Assembly (NCBI GenBank): GCA_026388415.1
Contig: JAPLJV010000006.1
Span: 48,556 to 112,555 of the forward strand
Length of the DNA stretch: 64,000 bases
Direction of reading: 5' to 3'
Source: Deltaproteobacteria bacterium
Lineage (GTDB): Bacteria > Desulfobacterota > Syntrophia > Syntrophales > JACQWR01
A program made the position numbers and the translations under genes. Under the pieces are notes generated by a model. That model saw only the letters and a list, made by a program, of their open reading frames with translations. It was not told the origin of the DNA and did no database searches. Positions 19,577 through 30,178 of the stretch are shown here, one piece after another (the first letter of the stretch is position 1; each line of letters begins with the position of its first letter).

Positions 19577-20152
19577 TTATCCCTGAGTCGCCTCATCCCT
19601 GCCCCACCTGTCGAACAGGTTCGCTTCAATCCCGAAGTAGTCCAACGTCTTGCCGACGGTCTGATTAATAATATCGTCAATGGTTTTAGGCATGTGATAG
19701 AAAGCTGGTACCGGTGGCATAATGACGCCGCCCATTCTTGTAACCCGCATCATCAGGTCTAAGTGCCCCTCATGCAGGGGCGTTTCGCGCACAATGAGCA
19801 CGAGCTTCCTCCGTTCCTTCAAATTAACGTCGGCCGCCCTTACCAGCAGATCATCGTTATAGGAGTTGGCTATGGCAGAAAGGGTCTTTATGGAACAGGG
19901 TGAAACGATCATCCCGTCCACGCGAAATGAGCCGCTGGCAATGGAGGCGCTGACATCATGAAAATCGTGTACATAGGAAGCCTGCGCCTTTAGCTCGGCA
20001 ATTGTATAAACTGATTCAATGGCTATATTTCTCACGCCGGAATCGGAAACAATGAGATGGGTTTCCACCCCGAGTTTCGCGAGGACCTCCAAGGTTCGAA
20101 TCCCATATATGACACCCGACGCACCTGTTATGCCCACAATGATTTTTTTCAT
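19577..20152 (-). CDS. ubiX: flavin prenyltransferase UbiX
   Basis: MKKIIVGITGASG flavoprotein start, 191 aa. Confidence 0.88.
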   Translation of the reverse strand: MKKIIVGITGASGVIYGIRTLEVLAKLGVETHLIVSDSGVRNIAIESVYTIAELKAQASYVHDFHDVSASIASGSFRVDGMIVSPCSIKTLSAIANSYNDDLLVRAADVNLKERRKLVLIVRETPLHEGHLDLMMRVTRMGGVIMPPVPAFYHMPKTIDDIINQTVGKTLDYFGIEANLFDRWGRDEATQG

Positions 20153-20193
20153 CTCCCCTCCCCCATTTTTATATGAACATTATTATTGCCTTT

Positions 20194-21936
20194 TCAGGCG
20201 CAGGCCGGCATGGCAATATCTTTCATGTTAAGCTGAATATTGCCGGAGCCTCGCCAGTCGTTGATTTGCGGGGTAAAAGCGATATCAAACATTGTCCCGG
20301 CAAATGAATTGCGAAATTGCCCTTTGCTGAACCAGATGGAGTCGCAGGAGATTTCACCTTCATGGACCCTGATGCGTAAATTATTCTTCCCGACTACGGC
20401 CGGCGAAGTTACATTGACGTTTCTTACGCACATCACGGGTTCGGGATTCTTGCTGCCGAAGGGAGCCAGCATGCTGATCTGATCGAGCAGATTATGATTG
20501 ATGTCTTTTAAACAGCATTGAGCGTCAATGATTGTCCGGGACACTAATTTCGTGATATCCGTCTCTTGCCTGATCACCGTGTCAAACAACTGCGAAAATG
20601 CCGCGATGTCATCCTCCCGAATGGAGATCCCCGCTGCAAATTGATGCCCCCCGTATGTCTGCAGCAGGGAAGTGCATCGCTTTAACCCCTGGTAAATGTT
20701 AAAATCAGCGACAGTTCTGCCGGAACCCTTGCCAACGCCGTTCTTGAGGCTGATAAGGATTGTCGGGCGATAAAATCGTTCCACCAACCTGGAAGCCACG
20801 ATACCAATCACGCCGGGGTGCCAGTCGGCAGAGGCAAAGACCAGAGAACTGATCAGGTCAGGATTGCCTCTCAGTTCCACCTCGCTGACGATATCCTGGA
20901 AAATAGTTTTCTCCAGAGCCTGCCGGCGTCGGTTGTACTCATCAAGTTTCCTGGCCAGTACCTTGGCCTCCTCCATATCATCGGCCATCAGCAGTTCTAC
21001 CGCATCATCAGGTGAGGCAATGCGACCCGCCGCGTTGATCCTCGGCAACAGATTAAAAGAAGCGGCTCGGCTCGTAACCACAGACTGATGTTCCATGCCG
21101 CAAACTTCCTTCAGGGCGCGCACTCCCACCCTGCTCCCTTCGGAAATCAGTTCCAGTCCCATTTTGACAAATATCCGGTTCTCGTCCACAAGGGGGGAGA
21201 TATCGCCTATAGTGCCCAGGGCCACCAGATCCAGGTAATTTTTAAGATTGGGATAATCCCTTTTAGTCCAGAAACCGTCCTGTCTCAGATTGCCCCTTAA
21301 AGCGATAAGAAAATTAAAGACTATGCCGACCGCGGCCAGATGCTTGAACGGGAACTGGCAATCCTCGCGATGGGGATTGATGGTCGCCACAGTGTCAGGA
21401 ACGACGCCGGGAATTTCATGGTGATCGAGGATGATAACGTCCATCCCGAGCGACTTGGCATAGGCAACCTGTTCGAAGTCGGAGATGCCGCAGTCCACCG
21501 TGACTAATAATGTCACACCGGATTCCTTAATTTGTTTAATGATTTTGTTGTGGAGGCCGTACCCGTCGGCAATGCGATTCGGGATGTGATAGCTGGCCGG
21601 GACGTCTATATCCTTGAGAAATCTCAGCAGCAGCACCACCGAGGTGACACCGTCGGCATCATAATCCCCGTAAATGGCTACCTTCTCGCCGGCGTAAATC
21701 GCCTTGATTAAGCGGCGTACCCCTTCCTGCATCCCCTGCATCAGAAAGGGATTATGCAAGTCCCGCAAGGAAGGGGCCAGATACTTCTTGGCATCATCGG
21801 CATTGGTAATGTTGCGACCTGTTAAAATCTTTGATATAATTGGACTTACACCAAGTTCCTTAACCAGCAGCTCCTGCGTCGGCTGATCCCCGCTGGACAA
21901 GAGCCATTGCGTCGTCGGTAGGTTTGTTGCGCTCAT
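20194..21936 (-). CDS. recJ: single-stranded-DNA-specific exonuclease RecJ
   Basis: DHH-family motifs DYDADGVTS and ILDHHE, plus a DHHA1 region. Confidence 0.92.
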   Translation of the reverse strand: MSATNLPTTQWLLSSGDQPTQELLVKELGVSPIISKILTGRNITNADDAKKYLAPSLRDLHNPFLMQGMQEGVRRLIKAIYAGEKVAIYGDYDADGVTSVVLLLRFLKDIDVPASYHIPNRIADGYGLHNKIIKQIKESGVTLLVTVDCGISDFEQVAYAKSLGMDVIILDHHEIPGVVPDTVATINPHREDCQFPFKHLAAVGIVFNFLIALRGNLRQDGFWTKRDYPNLKNYLDLVALGTIGDISPLVDENRIFVKMGLELISEGSRVGVRALKEVCGMEHQSVVTSRAASFNLLPRINAAGRIASPDDAVELLMADDMEEAKVLARKLDEYNRRRQALEKTIFQDIVSEVELRGNPDLISSLVFASADWHPGVIGIVASRLVERFYRPTILISLKNGVGKGSGRTVADFNIYQGLKRCTSLLQTYGGHQFAAGISIREDDIAAFSQLFDTVIRQETDITKLVSRTIIDAQCCLKDINHNLLDQISMLAPFGSKNPEPVMCVRNVNVTSPAVVGKNNLRIRVHEGEISCDSIWFSKGQFRNSFAGTMFDIAFTPQINDWRGSGNIQLNMKDIAMPACA

Positions 21937-22115
21937 TTAACTATTTTAAAATCCCGCCTGAGACGGGAATCCTTCCCTGCAGCCATTTTTAATCTTGTGT
22001 ATAATATCAAGGTGCCTCTCGATGTCAAGGAAAGATTGTCTTTTGTTCAAAAAAGACTTGCAATTTACCGACCGATGTTTTAGAAGGCCGCATACATTTT
22101 GTAAGGAGTCAGATC

Positions 22116-22331
22116 ATGTCCAGAATATGCACCGTGTGCGGCAAAAAACCCAGCGTGGGAAACAGCGTCAGCCACGCCAATAATAAAACAAAAAAAGTAT
22201 ATTATCCCAATCTGCAGAAATTACGCTGCCGTGATGAAAAGACCGGCGCAGTGAAGCGGGTCAGGGTTTGCACCCGTTGCATACGTTCCGGTTTTGTAAC
22301 CAAGGCCGCAAAGGCAGTGAGTAATCTCTAA
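22116..22331 (+). CDS. rpmB: 50S ribosomal protein L28
   Basis: [27 protein letters not shown]..., 71 aa. Confidence 0.93.
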   Translation: MSRICTVCGKKPSVGNSVSHANNKTKKVYYPNLQKLRCRDEKTGAVKRVRVCTRCIRSGFVTKAAKAVSNL

Positions 22332-22332
22332 A

Positions 22333-22749
22333 TTACTTACTTAAGATCATTTGCTTCAGCTCAGAAAGCTTGATCTGGTAGGTGCCGTATTTAGTATAGC
22401 CGTAAGCCCTCTGGTTCTTGTTGAGCGACAACTGGATGGCATTGCCATCCCGCAGTTTTACCGTCCCGGTTAGTTTTTCACCCTCAAGCAGAAATGACAC
22501 TTCCGCAATAATTTCAAAAGATATAGTGTTCGTGCCGTTACCTCGCTTGCCTTCCAGAAATGTCTCACCGTCTATGCTTATATTCCGGCAGTCCGTCATA
22601 ATGTCTGTCTGATCTATAAAGGTGGCAAAATACTTTTTTTCCGGCACAGGAATTTTTTCCGGACTCTGGCTCTGAAGAGCGCTCATGGCTGTTAAAAGGG
22701 GTAAAAGAGCGAGAACTATTAGTAACGCCAGCTTAATTTTCTTCATCAC
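22333..22749 (-). CDS. hypothetical secreted protein
   Basis: Signal peptide MMKKIKLALLIVLALLPLLTAMSA. No motif recognised. Confidence 0.55.
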   Translation of the reverse strand: MMKKIKLALLIVLALLPLLTAMSALQSQSPEKIPVPEKKYFATFIDQTDIMTDCRNISIDGETFLEGKRGNGTNTISFEIIAEVSFLLEGEKLTGTVKLRDGNAIQLSLNKNQRAYGYTKYGTYQIKLSELKQMILSK

Positions 22750-22782
22750 GCCTCCTTGCTGCTGCTTTCGTATTGTAACCCT

Positions 22783-24090
22783 TCAGTTTTTCATGGATGG
22801 CGGCTGCCCCGTGCTCTCCAGGACGCGCATCCAGACGTTGCCATCGGGATTGACCCTCTCCCCCGAGCCTATCATCCCGAGCGGCAGATGAACATATTCG
22901 TCCCTCACCAGGGCCACCAGCATGGCTGTTTTACCGGCCATGGCGGCATGCACGGCGTACTGCGCCAGCGCGCCACAGTAAATTCTGTCATTGGAATTCG
23001 CCGGCACGCTACGAATGGTATAACTCGGGTCAATATACTTGAGATTTATCTCGATTCCCTTTTCCTGAAAATACGCTTCTATTCTCTTTTTTAAAAAGGT
23101 GCCGATATCGCGCAGTTTGGGATTGCCGGAAGGATCTCTTTCGACGGGATCGCTGGATTGACTGATCAGCTCCTGACCTGCCCCTTCGGCCACCAGTACG
23201 AGGCAATGGCCCTTATCTTTCAGGCGTTTTTCCAGGACTGCCAACAAGCCCTTTTCCCCCTCCAGGTCAAAAGGGACTTCCGGTATCAGCACAATGTTCA
23301 CATCGCTCTGGGCCAAGGCGGCGCAGGCCGCAATGTGACCGGACTGCCGCCCCATGATCTTCACGAGGCCGATGCCGTTGGGCGCCCCGGTCGCTTCCGT
23401 GTGGGCGCACTGGAGGACCTTCATGGATTCGGAGATAGCCGTATCGAAACCGAAGGTCCTTTGGATGATATTCAGATCATTATCTATCGTCTTGGGGACA
23501 CCGACAACGGCCATGTTAATTTTACGCCGCGTAACCTCGGCCGCTATTAATTCTACCGCCCTCATTGTACCGTCGCCACCGATGCAGAAGAACATATCAA
23601 CATTCATTCTTTTCAGGGCGTCCACCATCTCGCCAATATCCTCTCGCCCCCGGGAAGAGCCGAGGATGCTTCCTCCGAGCGTATGAATATCCTTTACCAG
23701 TTCCGGGGTAATCTCCTTGACGTCATATTTGTAACGGCGCATTATTCCTTTGAATCCATACCTGATACCGACGATATTTTCTACCCCATAGCGGTAATAG
23801 AGCTCCATGACAATCGCCCGGATGACATCGTTAATGCCCGGACAGAGACCGCCGCAGGTGACGATCGCCGCTTTGCTCTTGGCGGGGTCAAAAAATATCT
23901 TTTCCCGCGGGCCGGCCACCTCTATTGACTGCGGCTGTCCGTCCGGGGAATGGGCATCCCCATGAGCTTTTAAGTAGACATTCAACAAGATGCGCTTTTC
24001 GTCGCTGGTAAAATAACTGACGTTCAAGGGCGAGGGGAGCCAGGCTTCGCCAAGACTTTGAATATTGAAATCATAGGTCTGCTGTTCCAT
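22783..24090 (-). CDS. 6-phosphofructokinase (GGDG type, so probably ATP-dependent)
   Basis: CGGLCPGINDVIR, IGGDGT and PKTIDND motifs. Confidence 0.85.
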   Translation of the reverse strand: MEQQTYDFNIQSLGEAWLPSPLNVSYFTSDEKRILLNVYLKAHGDAHSPDGQPQSIEVAGPREKIFFDPAKSKAAIVTCGGLCPGINDVIRAIVMELYYRYGVENIVGIRYGFKGIMRRYKYDVKEITPELVKDIHTLGGSILGSSRGREDIGEMVDALKRMNVDMFFCIGGDGTMRAVELIAAEVTRRKINMAVVGVPKTIDNDLNIIQRTFGFDTAISESMKVLQCAHTEATGAPNGIGLVKIMGRQSGHIAACAALAQSDVNIVLIPEVPFDLEGEKGLLAVLEKRLKDKGHCLVLVAEGAGQELISQSSDPVERDPSGNPKLRDIGTFLKKRIEAYFQEKGIEINLKYIDPSYTIRSVPANSNDRIYCGALAQYAVHAAMAGKTAMLVALVRDEYVHLPLGMIGSGERVNPDGNVWMRVLESTGQPPSMKN

Positions 24091-24107
24091 ATTGGTCTGC
24101 CCTCCTC

Positions 24108-24794
24108 TTATATCAGGTTAAAGTTCTGAGTTGCAAACATGCCGAGCGATGGATTATGTAAGGCTTTAACTTCTGGTTTGCTGACGCCGGTGACAACCAC
24201 TTTACGCCCCTGCACCGCCAGCCTTCCCTCGGCGTAAAGCTGAATCGCCTGGGGATAAATACGATGTTCTTCCCTCAAAATCCTGGCCGCCAGGGTATCC
24301 GCCGTGTCATCATCAAAGACGGGAACCACGGCCTGGATGATGATCGGCCCCGTGTCCACGCCTTCATCAACAAAATGAACCGTGCAGCCGGTGAATTTAA
24401 CCCCGTAATCAAGCGCCTGCTGCTGGACATGCAGCCCCGGAAAGGCGGGCAGCAGGGCCGGATGAATATTCATTATCCGCCCGGGAAAGGAACCTAAAAA
24501 AAGGGGGGTCAGCACTCTCATAAAACCCGCCAGCACCACCAGTTCCACGTCGCAGGCCTGCAGCGCCGCGGTCATCTGCCGGTCGAAATCTTCCCGTTTT
24601 TGAAAATCGAGCTGGCTTACGACTTGTACGGCAAGGTGGCGCCTGGCCGCCCTTTCCAGCGCATAGGCCTCGGGATTGTTGCTGATCACGACCTTGATTT
24701 CTGCCTGCAGCCGTCCCTGTTCGATCTGGTCAATGATGGACTGGAGATTGGAGCCGCTCCCGGAAACCAGTACACCGATTTTTACTTTCTGCAT
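24108..24794 (-). CDS. purN: phosphoribosylglycinamide formyltransferase
   Basis: VLVSGSGSNLQ and NIHPALLP motifs. Confidence 0.9.
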   Translation of the reverse strand: MQKVKIGVLVSGSGSNLQSIIDQIEQGRLQAEIKVVISNNPEAYALERAARRHLAVQVVSQLDFQKREDFDRQMTAALQACDVELVVLAGFMRVLTPLFLGSFPGRIMNIHPALLPAFPGLHVQQQALDYGVKFTGCTVHFVDEGVDTGPIIIQAVVPVFDDDTADTLAARILREEHRIYPQAIQLYAEGRLAVQGRKVVVTGVSKPEVKALHNPSLGMFATQNFNLI

Positions 24795-24817
24795 CTCTGC
24801 GGCCCTCTAAACCCCGA

Positions 24818-25867
24818 CTAATCCATCACCACCTGCTGTTGACCAGGCTTTCTTTTTTCGATGCTTCCGATCTGATAGGCCCGCTCACCGAGGTTCTGTA
24901 AACGCTCCATTATTTCCGCCACTTCTTTTTCAGGAACGACCATCATCATGCCGATCCCCATGTTGAAAACCCGGAACATCTCCTCTGCGGCAATATTCCC
25001 TTTTTCCCGGAGCAAGTTGAAAACAGGCGGCGCCTCCCAACTGTCTTTGGTAATGATTGCCCGGCAGGGGCCGGGGAGGATGCGGGGCAGATTATCAATA
25101 AAACCACCCCCCGTAATATGTATGAGACCATTGACGGTAAAATTCTTAATGATGTTCATCACCGATTTGACGTATATTTTTGTCGGCCGGATCAGTTCCT
25201 CGCCCAGACTATGGCCCAAACCCTCAATCCTGTCCTCTAGGCCAAGACCGGCCGTCTCCAGGAGAACCTTGCGGACCAGAGAGAAACCATTGCTATGGAG
25301 GCCATTAGAAGCAAGCCCGATAATCTTGTCGCCCACCCGTATTTCCGACCCGTCTATCAGCCGGTCGGCCTCCACAATGCCGACACAGAATCCCGCCAGA
25401 TCATACTCGTCGGGGCCATATAAACCGGGCATTTCCGCCGTTTCCCCGCCTATCAGCGCACAACCGGCATCCTGGCATCCTTTCACGATACCTTCCAGGA
25501 TTTGCACGCTTGTTTCCACCTGGATTTTACCGGTCGCCATATAATCAAGGAAGAAGAGTGGTTCCGCGCCCTGAACGATCACATCATTAACCGACATGGC
25601 AACCAGGTCAATCCCTATGGTGTCGTGCTTATTCATCATCTGCGCAATCATCAGCTTGGTGCCCACGCCATCGGTAGAAGCTACGAGCACGGGGTCCTTA
25701 ATCTTGGTCAAATCAAGATGAAACAACCCCCCGAAGCCGCCGATATGGCCCATGACTTCCTTACGGAACGTTGATTTTACAAGGGGCTTGAGACGTTCGA
25801 CAAAGACATTGGCATTGTCAATATCTACCCCCGAATCCTTATAACTCAACGTCACCTTCTCCTGCAT
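24818..25867 (-). CDS. purM: phosphoribosylformylglycinamidine cyclo-ligase (AIR synthase)
   Basis: DGVGTK motif, 349 aa, adjacent to purN. Confidence 0.92.
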   Translation of the reverse strand: MQEKVTLSYKDSGVDIDNANVFVERLKPLVKSTFRKEVMGHIGGFGGLFHLDLTKIKDPVLVASTDGVGTKLMIAQMMNKHDTIGIDLVAMSVNDVIVQGAEPLFFLDYMATGKIQVETSVQILEGIVKGCQDAGCALIGGETAEMPGLYGPDEYDLAGFCVGIVEADRLIDGSEIRVGDKIIGLASNGLHSNGFSLVRKVLLETAGLGLEDRIEGLGHSLGEELIRPTKIYVKSVMNIIKNFTVNGLIHITGGGFIDNLPRILPGPCRAIITKDSWEAPPVFNLLREKGNIAAEEMFRVFNMGIGMMMVVPEKEVAEIMERLQNLGERAYQIGSIEKRKPGQQQVVMD

Positions 25868-26076
25868 AACTGATCCTCATCTTACACCGCCTGGAAGGGC
25901 CAACCCCGGAACCATGGGCAGTTATTAATGTTCAAACGCACGGGCGATTTTCTAACGTAACTAAAAAAAAATGTCAATTCATTACTTGCCAAGGTGAAAA
26001 ATATTTGTTATCAGACCAATATATATCATGCTAATTTCATTACTAAATATTATTATCGAGCGGATTTTTTAAAATT

Positions 26077-28566
26077 ATGGACATGTGCCAGGAGCTGTTG
26101 GATAAGATCGCCGGTCCCCTGAATTTTGCCGCTGCCGATGGGGGACGGCATCTGCCCCTCATCAAGGACCTGGGAAGAACGATGACGATTCTTGCGACCA
26201 GGCTGGGCAGTGAAATTTCACGCCTGTTCCCCTCCGCCTCAGACCGTCCGCGCGAACTTTCCGGCTCCGTAATTATTGCGGAGTTTACAGCTATTTTTGC
26301 AGATTTCGATCAGCTTCCCCCCGATCAAAAACCAAAACAGGTGGACAAAGCGCTCCTGCTGATACGGGAAATCAAAAACCTGCTCACCCAAGTCTCTCCT
26401 GCTACATCATACCACAGCACACAAGTTACCGATGATGTATCCGTATCAGAAGCCCCGACCGTGAGGTGTGATGAAAAACTTTCCCAACCTGTCCTGGCGG
26501 TGAAGGGTGTGGGGGTAAAAACTGCCCATCTGCTGGAAAGAAAAGGGCTTACCACCATTGAAGACCTGATCTATTTTTTACCGCGCCGGTATGAAGACCG
26601 GCGCTTTCCCGTAAAAATATCTCAGGCCAGAGTAGGAATCAGGGAAACCATCACGGGCACGGTAAGGAATGCCGAGATACGGCGCTATGGTAAAAGACCG
26701 GTCTTTGAGGTGACGATAGAGGACGACACCGGCCTGCTGAAGGCAAAATGGTTCAAAGGGAATCCAACCTACCTGCGGGGATTATTCAAAATTGGGAACC
26801 AGGTAATCTTCACGGGCAATACCGGTCAGTTTCAACTGCAAAAAGAGATGCTCCATCCGGATTTTGAAATACTGGACCAGGAAAGCGACAATCTGCTGCA
26901 CTTCAAACGCATCGTTCCGATCTACTCGGAAACAGAAGGACTCTACCAGAAGAACCTGAGACGCATCATGAAGCAGGTGGTAGATGAATATCTGCCCTTT
27001 GTCCTGAGCCCCATCCCGGCACAAATACGCCAAAGGCAGCAGTTGATTGATATCCAGGAGGCCTTCCGACAGGTGCATTTCCCCGCTCAGGATCAGAACG
27101 TGGAGGATTATAATGCCGGTAAAACGGCAGCCCATCGGCGCCTGATATTTGACGAATTCTTTTTTTTCCAACTCGGCATGGCCCTCAAGAGAAAAGGACT
27201 AAGCCTGGAGGCCGGCATTGCCTTTCAAACCAGTGGCCAGGGAGTAGCAAGCTTTTACCGGATTTTACCCTTCTGCCTGACGACCGCCCAGGAACGGGTC
27301 ATCAAAGAAATTGAAACAGACATGGCACGAGCCGGCGCTATGAACAGGCTCCTCCAGGGAGACGTGGGCTGCGGAAAAACGGTGGTCGCCATGGCGGCGA
27401 TGGTCACTGCCTGCGACAACGGTTACCAGGCAGCCTTGATGGCGCCGACCGAGATCCTGGCGGAACAGCATTACGGCAACATCAAAAAGTGGGCCGAGGC
27501 GCTGTCGCTTAACGTTGTACTCCTGACTGGGAAAATGGGTGCTGCCGAAAAGAGGGATGCTTACGGGCAGATCAAGGAAGGAAAAGCCCAGCTCATCATC
27601 GGCACCCACGCTTTAATCCAGGAAGATGTGATCTTTCATAAGCTCGGCCTGGCGGTAATAGACGAGCAGCACCGTTTTGGGGTCGTGCAGCGCGCCGCCC
27701 TGCGGGCGAAAGGAGACCATCCCGACATCCTCGTCATGACGGCGACCCCCATTCCCCGCACCCTGGCCATGACGGTTTACGGCGATCTCGATGTATCGGT
27801 GATTGATGCCATGCCGCCGGGGCACGAACCAGTCCGCACCAAGGTTTATTTCGAGCGCCAGCGCAGCAAGGTCTATGAATTAATCGCAAAAGAGGTCAGC
27901 AAGAAACATCAGGTATTTATCGTCTATCCGCTGGTCGAGGAATCGGAACACTTGGATATGAAAGACGCGACCGGAATGGCCGAACACTTGCGGAAGGAAG
28001 TATTCCCCCATTGCCGGGTAGGTCTCATCCACGGCAAGATGAAAAGGGCCGAGAAGGAAGAAATCATGGCCGCTTTCCGTGAAAAAAGGATGGACATCTT
28101 AGTCGCGACGACGGTGATAGAGGTGGGCATAGACATCCCCGAGGCGTCACTGATGGTGATCGAGCATGCAGAAAGATTCGGCCTTTCCCAACTGCACCAG
28201 TTGCGCGGCCGGGTGGGCCGGAGCGAGATAGCGTCTTCCTGCATCCTGCTCGCCCAAGGTCCCGGCTCCACCGATGTCGGCAAGCGCCTGCGCATCATGG
28301 AAAAGACGACGGACGGTTTTACCATTGCCGAAGAGGATCTGGTTCTGAGGGGACCGGGTGAATTCATGGGCGTCAGGCAGTCGGGGCTGCCCGATTTCCG
28401 GATCGCCAACCTGATCCGCGACGGTAAAATCCTGCAGGAGGCAAAAGACAGCGCCCGTGAGCTGGTGGAAGATGATCCGGGGCTTACAAAACCAGAACAC
28501 CAACTCTTGAAAGAGGTGCTAATGACGCGGTGGGCAGGAAGACTGGAATTAGCCATAACCAGTTGA
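26077..28566 (+). CDS. recG: ATP-dependent DNA helicase RecG
   Basis: Wedge/OB region, then GDVGCGKT, DEQHRFG and QLHQLRGRVGR. The N-terminal ~130 aa extension leaves the start uncertain. Confidence 0.9.
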   Translation: MDMCQELLDKIAGPLNFAAADGGRHLPLIKDLGRTMTILATRLGSEISRLFPSASDRPRELSGSVIIAEFTAIFADFDQLPPDQKPKQVDKALLLIREIKNLLTQVSPATSYHSTQVTDDVSVSEAPTVRCDEKLSQPVLAVKGVGVKTAHLLERKGLTTIEDLIYFLPRRYEDRRFPVKISQARVGIRETITGTVRNAEIRRYGKRPVFEVTIEDDTGLLKAKWFKGNPTYLRGLFKIGNQVIFTGNTGQFQLQKEMLHPDFEILDQESDNLLHFKRIVPIYSETEGLYQKNLRRIMKQVVDEYLPFVLSPIPAQIRQRQQLIDIQEAFRQVHFPAQDQNVEDYNAGKTAAHRRLIFDEFFFFQLGMALKRKGLSLEAGIAFQTSGQGVASFYRILPFCLTTAQERVIKEIETDMARAGAMNRLLQGDVGCGKTVVAMAAMVTACDNGYQAALMAPTEILAEQHYGNIKKWAEALSLNVVLLTGKMGAAEKRDAYGQIKEGKAQLIIGTHALIQEDVIFHKLGLAVIDEQHRFGVVQRAALRAKGDHPDILVMTATPIPRTLAMTVYGDLDVSVIDAMPPGHEPVRTKVYFERQRSKVYELIAKEVSKKHQVFIVYPLVEESEHLDMKDATGMAEHLRKEVFPHCRVGLIHGKMKRAEKEEIMAAFREKRMDILVATTVIEVGIDIPEASLMVIEHAERFGLSQLHQLRGRVGRSEIASSCILLAQGPGSTDVGKRLRIMEKTTDGFTIAEEDLVLRGPGEFMGVRQSGLPDFRIANLIRDGKILQEAKDSARELVEDDPGLTKPEHQLLKEVLMTRWAGRLELAITS

Positions 28567-28703
28567 TTCAGGGCGCTTATCCGCAATAATTTCAAATATT
28601 GCAACACAAAGGTCAATGAGAATTCCCCCGATGATAAAACTTGAAATTTTTTTGAATGTATAGCACTGTAATCCGACAGTTAGGTGAATGCAGATTATCG
28701 GTA

Positions 28704-28850
28704 GGTTAATGCCATCAATGGCATTATATTCCCCGAATTTGTAGGAGGCTGTACGACAAGGCGGCAACTATGGCCAGTGCGTCGGGAAAGGGTCTGAACG
28801 CTTGGATTGTGGATGTTATCCGTCATACCGATGACGTCCTCACCCGTTAG
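28704..28850 (+). pseudogene. fragment resembling the RHH C-terminus of a HicB-type antitoxin
   Basis: The short frame ...FPEFGRRLYDKAATMASASGKGLNAWIVDVIRHTDD* resembles HicB tails (...EGxSLNxWIV...). No N-terminal domain is present. Confidence 0.3.
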
Positions 28851-28889
28851 TTGTCTTTCTCTTATCACAGATTGTGGATGAGATAGAAT

Positions 28890-29204
28890 ATGAATAATAA
28901 AGACCTCTCCATTGCTCTTAGCTTAAAACGCCTTGTCCAAAAGCGTATTCCCCTCCTCGATGTGCGAGTGTTCGGCTCACGCGCCCGTGGCGATGCATCA
29001 GCCGATTCAGATCTCGATATATTTGTTGTTGTCGAACATTCGACCCGTGATATTGAAAAATATATCAGCTAATGCGCTTGGGAAGCTGGATTTGACAATG
29101 ATGTGCATATAGTTCCGGTAGTTGTTGGTAAGGATAAGATAGACGGTAAGCTTCAGGAATCGGTGTTTATTAGAAATGTGTACCGAGAGGGCATAGTAGT
29201 ATGA
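28890..29204 (+). pseudogene. MNT-type nucleotidyltransferase antitoxin gene interrupted by an in-frame TAA
   Basis: VFGSRARGDASADSDLDIFVV is the NTase motif. There is a TAA at 29070-29072, and the same frame continues (CAWEAGFDNDVHIVPVVVGKDKIDG...FIRNVYREGIVV*) to 29204. Confidence 0.6.
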
Positions 29205-29579
29205 CCGATAATCGCAAGTCTCTTATCAATAGCGCCCCCCAATAGCGCACAAGCAGATCATCGAGAGCAAATTTCAGGCGATGGCGCAATATAAAGGCGC
29301 TGCCGAGGCAGATAAAGGGGACAAAAATCTGACCAGAAAATGATCGGCACTATTCATTAATTATGCATAATATCATGTAGTTAAGTAACATAGACGTGTT
29401 TATATGACCAGCACGGACAGGCCGTGACAGACGGATCATCAACAAGTTCTATTGATGGGGAATCTCCCCCCTGCTTTTTTAAAATTGACATGATATACGG
29501 AAAGATGAAACAAATGGTTGAAAGAGATGTCAATAAATTAAAAGTGATGCAGAACAAGACAAAAAACGACTAAGGCAAT

Positions 29580-30170
29580 ATGAGAGAGAAATGGTTTTCT
29601 GATAATCGTGATCTTCTGAAGTGGGCTATATTGACACAAATTGCCAAAAAGAAAGGTTTATTTACGATTTTACAAATACCATATTGGCGACCCGAAGCAT
29701 TTTATCCTCATTTCAAATTTCAAGATGAAAGTCTGCAAGTTCCAGATAAGGTGTGGAAGTTTTTTCGAAATATACATCATGTCAAGGATTTGGGACCTAA
29801 AATCGGAATTTCAATAAATATCGTTGCCGCAGAATTTAGATCTGATCAACGTGATAAGTATTTGAAAGAAATTGAATCCGAAATCAGGCGATTAAAACGA
29901 CCACTTCTACTTTTCCTTGATCCGGATACAGGCTTGCAGCCAACTGATTGCAAGCCTGAGCACACTTCTATCAACGAAATAAAGAAACTATGGCCAATCC
30001 TTAAAAGCAATGAGTGGTTAGTTTTGTATCAACACGCCAGGCGTACTCCTGATTGGAGTCAATCCATAACCGGCCAACTTAGTTCTTTATGTAATAATGC
30101 ACCGGTACATCTCGCAAAGTCAGAAGATGTGGGAAAGGATGTTGCTTTCCTTTGTGTCGAAAAGCAATAG
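29580..30170 (+). CDS. hypothetical protein (196 aa), AT-rich
   Basis: Clean ORF with conserved-looking acidic patches (FSDNRDLLKW, LFLDPDTGL). No family recognised. Confidence 0.6.
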   Translation: MREKWFSDNRDLLKWAILTQIAKKKGLFTILQIPYWRPEAFYPHFKFQDESLQVPDKVWKFFRNIHHVKDLGPKIGISINIVAAEFRSDQRDKYLKEIESEIRRLKRPLLLFLDPDTGLQPTDCKPEHTSINEIKKLWPILKSNEWLVLYQHARRTPDWSQSITGQLSSLCNNAPVHLAKSEDVGKDVAFLCVEKQ

Positions 30171-30178
30171 GAGAAGAA

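Noticed and set aside
28549-28767. 72-aa minus-strand ORF at the recG 3' end
   Set aside because: It overlaps the recG stop and the HicB-like fragment region, and it has no motif and no RBS.
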